Made by a program: the position numbers and the translations under genes
Shown: one piece after another, positions 15,323 to 18,006 of the stretch
Numbering within the stretch: position 1 is the stretch's first letter
Layout of the letters: every line of letters begins with the position of its first letter
Notes under the pieces: generated by a model
Databases searched by the model: none
Seen by the model: only the letters and a program-made list of their open reading frames with translations
What the model was told of the DNA's origin: nothing
From: Candidatus Hodarchaeum mangrovi
Lineage (GTDB): Archaea; Asgardarchaeota; Heimdallarchaeia; Hodarchaeales; Hodarchaeaceae
Direction of reading: 5' to 3'
Assembly (NCBI GenBank): GCA_016839515.1
Contig: JAEOUE010000081.1
Location: 1 to 18,006 of the forward strand
DNA: 18,006 nt

Positions 15323-16486
15323 ATGAATTTTCATAAGACTCTTCAAATAAAAATTATTGAATTACCTCGACTTGACCGAAATCAACAACTAGCTAAAGCC
15401 ATTTCTCTTCTTAAGGAAGGATATGAAGTGGTTCTTATCCAAAATGAAGAAAAAAAATATGAGGGAATAATACGGACTCATGATGTTATAGGTAAAGGGA
15501 TAAATCCAGCTGCCTCCTGTAAGACCTATATGAATAAAACTGTCCCATCGATATTAAAAGAAGAACTGATCTCCGTTGAGCAAGTAGGGAATTATATGCT
15601 TGAAGGGAAATCAAGATTTATTCCTGTGTTAGATGAACAATTGAGGATTCTCGGTGCAATAAAGGATACACAGATATTAGAGAAAATGAGGTTAAAATTT
15701 GATCAATTTTTAGAGAATTCGTTAGAAAATGTAGTTAATTGGGATTTAAAAACATTAAAATCATCCGATACAATTGGGAATGCCATAGCAAAGATGAGAG
15801 AGTTTGGTTTTAGTCGAATACCAATTTTAGATGAACAATCTGAATTGCAAGGAATAGTAATGAATAGATCTTTACTTAAGACACAAATTGAAAAAAAAAC
15901 TACTTCTGGTGATTTTGGAGGAAAAGAGAAAGATTGGCATCTTTTACCTGTAGGAGATTTCGTTTCCGAGACAGAGACCATAAAGATAAATACTGGAATA
16001 TTAGAAGTCTATGATCGGATTGTTAATTCAAATGAACATACTTTAATAGTAGATGATCAAACTAGATACGGGATAATTACAGCACTTGATTTAATTAAAT
16101 TTCTGCTTACATCAGAGAAGGGGATATCTGACTACATAATCAACATCCTTCAGGCTCCTGATGATGAAGTCCAGTCCCATGCGATTAGAAAGACACAAGC
16201 TCTGTTAAATCGTGAAAAACGTTTATTAGGAACTAGTGGAACTGTAAAAATTCGTTTTAAAAGGAATATGTCACAATCAAAAAGGGGTCAATATTCTATT
16301 ACTGCAACAATTCAATTGATATCTGACAATGGGCATAATTTTAGTAGTGAAGCTACAGATTTTGGAGCTGAAAAAGCTGTAAATAAAGCACTTGATAATA
16401 TATCAAGAATAATTTCTAATTCTAAAAAAAGAGCATTAGAACAGAGATTAAAGAGTAAAAGCTTAAGAAAATTGACCGAACTTTAA
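15323..16486 (+). CDS. Four-CBS-domain protein fused to a C-terminal HPF/RaiA-like domain (archaeal Hib-type ribosome hibernation factor)
   Basis: CBS signatures YEGIIRTHDV, RFIPVLDE...LGAI, SRIPILDE...LQGIV and YGIITALDL. C-terminal beta-alpha-beta-beta-beta-alpha segment ending FSSEATDFGAEKAVNKALDNISRII..SKKR. AGGAG SD at 15310-15314. Confidence 0.8.
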   Translation: MNFHKTLQIKIIELPRLDRNQQLAKAISLLKEGYEVVLIQNEEKKYEGIIRTHDVIGKGINPAASCKTYMNKTVPSILKEELISVEQVGNYMLEGKSRFIPVLDEQLRILGAIKDTQILEKMRLKFDQFLENSLENVVNWDLKTLKSSDTIGNAIAKMREFGFSRIPILDEQSELQGIVMNRSLLKTQIEKKTTSGDFGGKEKDWHLLPVGDFVSETETIKINTGILEVYDRIVNSNEHTLIVDDQTRYGIITALDLIKFLLTSEKGISDYIINILQAPDDEVQSHAIRKTQALLNREKRLLGTSGTVKIRFKRNMSQSKRGQYSITATIQLISDNGHNFSSEATDFGAEKAVNKALDNISRIISNSKKRALEQRLKSKSLRKLTEL

Positions 16487-16492
16487 TAATCT

Positions 16493-17158
16493 TTATTTTG
16501 GGGATTTGGTATAAAATTTTCTCGCATATTCAAGTCGTTGAATTGCAGAAATGTTAGAAATTATACCAATTAAGAGCACAATTAATGCTAAGACACCAAA
16601 ATTAAATGTCCATACCTCTTGAAGAAAATTTTCAATAAAAATAGCTTCTACCAAGCATCCAACAGCTAGAAGGGTCAATTTTTCTTTTCTTTCAAAAATC
16701 CCAGTTGTTGAGTCCATTTTCAGACCTCCTCTGTTTTCTGCGGTAGACCGAACATAACTTGCCAGTATCATCCCCTCAAAACATATAAAAACCCACTCGG
16801 GGTATACATATCCTCCTATCATAATTCCAAGTAGGAAAAAAAATTCGGAAACTCTATCTAATGTCCGATCTAGGAGTGCACCATAATAACCCGCTGTTCC
16901 CAAAGCACGTGCTAAGCTACCATCAAGCATATCGAGCAAAGAAGAGAAGCCTAAGAAGATAGTTCCAATAATTAAGGCTTGGGGAATTCCAATGATCTGG
17001 CTTAGAGAAAAAGCAATACAGCTGAAAAAACTAATAAAAACACTTAAAACAGAGACTATATTAGGGGTCAGTCCAGTTTTAGCTAATAATTTACCAACTG
17101 GTGCAAAGAAATTTTCATAACGATTTCGAAGTTTTTTTGGTGTTGTTGAGTTCTCCAT
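16493..17158 (-). CDS. pgsA: CDP-alcohol phosphatidyltransferase, likely archaetidylinositol phosphate synthase
   Basis: LTPNIVS, signature DMLDGSLAR...YGALLDRTLDR, SYVRSTAE, GIFERKE and several TM helices. Confidence 0.9.
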   Translation of the reverse strand: MENSTTPKKLRNRYENFFAPVGKLLAKTGLTPNIVSVLSVFISFFSCIAFSLSQIIGIPQALIIGTIFLGFSSLLDMLDGSLARALGTAGYYGALLDRTLDRVSEFFFLLGIMIGGYVYPEWVFICFEGMILASYVRSTAENRGGLKMDSTTGIFERKEKLTLLAVGCLVEAIFIENFLQEVWTFNFGVLALIVLLIGIISNISAIQRLEYARKFYTKSPK

Positions 17159-17340
17159 TCTTGGTACACTCTACTTTACTGCCGTTTTATGTGTTCTAAA
17201 GGCTATTCAATATCCAAAATAAATCTTTTGAATATATATTACTTGAAAATTATTAAAAAAAGGTTTTTCCCTAGCAACCTTCTAGGATGAATTGACTCTC
17301 AAAATTTCAACCAAGAATATTTAGGTTAAGGATTTTCTAT

Positions 17341-18006
17341 ATGACATTTCTTGAGCAAGTATTTACAGAAATAATAAGAAAATTCGATCCTGAAACAAGG
17401 TTTGGATTAATGTACAGTGGAGGACTTGATTCCTCAATTATTGCAAAAATTTTATTGAAAACCGTGAAATCAGATTTTATTAGCTTTATAACTGTTGGTG
17501 CGGAAAGAAGTTATGATTTAATAAACGCAAAAAAAGGAGCAGAAAAGCTTGGAATTGAATTGAAAACATGTATATTAACACATAATAAGGTAAGAGATAG
17601 TATAAAGGATTTAAAGAAATTTAAATACATTCAGACTCCCAAGGATCTAAGTATTGCAATTCCCTTATATTTAGGGTTGAGGAAACTTGTTAAAGAAAAT
17701 TTTGCTAGGAATATATTTCTAGGTCAAGGAGCTGATGAATTATTTGGTGGTTATAATCGATACGAATTATTATTTAAAAAAAAATTAGAGAAACAGATCA
17801 AACAACAGATGAAATTTGATTTAAGCACTTTAAGATCAAATCAATTAAAAATGGAGAAAGAAATAGCAAATAATGTTGAAGTTGATTTAATTTATCCTTA
17901 TTTAGATGAACAATTGATTGAATATGCACAAAGGCTACCTTATAATAAATTATTACGAGAAAATGAATTTGGCAAAATAATTCGAAAGGTTTACCTTCGT
18001 GAAGTA
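17341..18006 (+). CDS. Asparagine synthase C-terminal (PP-loop ATP pyrophosphatase) domain protein, 3' partial; absent from the ORF track
   Basis: Translated by hand from ATG 17341: MTFLEQV...LMYSGGLDSSIIA...LGQGADELFGGY.RY...YPYLD...LP..K...RKVYLREV, open to the window end. In-frame TGA at 17293-17295. Confidence 0.9.
   Translation, partial: MTFLEQVFTEIIRKFDPETRFGLMYSGGLDSSIIAKILLKTVKSDFISFITVGAERSYDLINAKKGAEKLGIELKTCILTHNKVRDSIKDLKKFKYIQTPKDLSIAIPLYLGLRKLVKENFARNIFLGQGADELFGGYNRYELLFKKKLEKQIKQQMKFDLSTLRSNQLKMEKEIANNVEVDLIYPYLDEQLIEYAQRLPYNKLLRENEFGKIIRKVYLREV

Noticed and set aside
15703-15981. 92-aa minus-strand ORF
   Set aside because: Antisense to the CBS domains.

Overview
AT-rich, densely coding archaeal chromosomal segment, most consistent with an Asgard archaeon. 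The taxonomy is inferred from the archaeal-type tRNA, Hsp20, PAC2-like, Phr-like and TmcA genes plus eukaryote-like RING and SNM1-type proteins. Contents in order: partial SNM1/Pso2-like beta-CASP nuclease; HhH-MutS ATPase; tRNA-Val(CAC); NfeD-like membrane protein; CPSF-type beta-CASP RNase; JAMM/MPN+ protease; AmmeMemoRadiSam radical SAM enzyme; a tandem paralogous pair of long coiled-coil proteins with C-terminal winged helices; an hsp20/PAC2-like/Phr-like proteostasis operon; TmcA/Nat10; a small Cys-rich ORF; a membrane-anchored alpha-solenoid-RING protein; a 4xCBS-HPF ribosome hibernation factor; a CDP-alcohol phosphatidyltransferase; and a partial stand-alone asparagine-synthase-type domain. 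No mobile element or CRISPR array was seen. The best candidates for undescribed biology are the coiled-coil/winged-helix gene pair, the TM-solenoid-RING protein and the SNM1-MutS pairing. All calls come from motif reading by eye; no searches were run.
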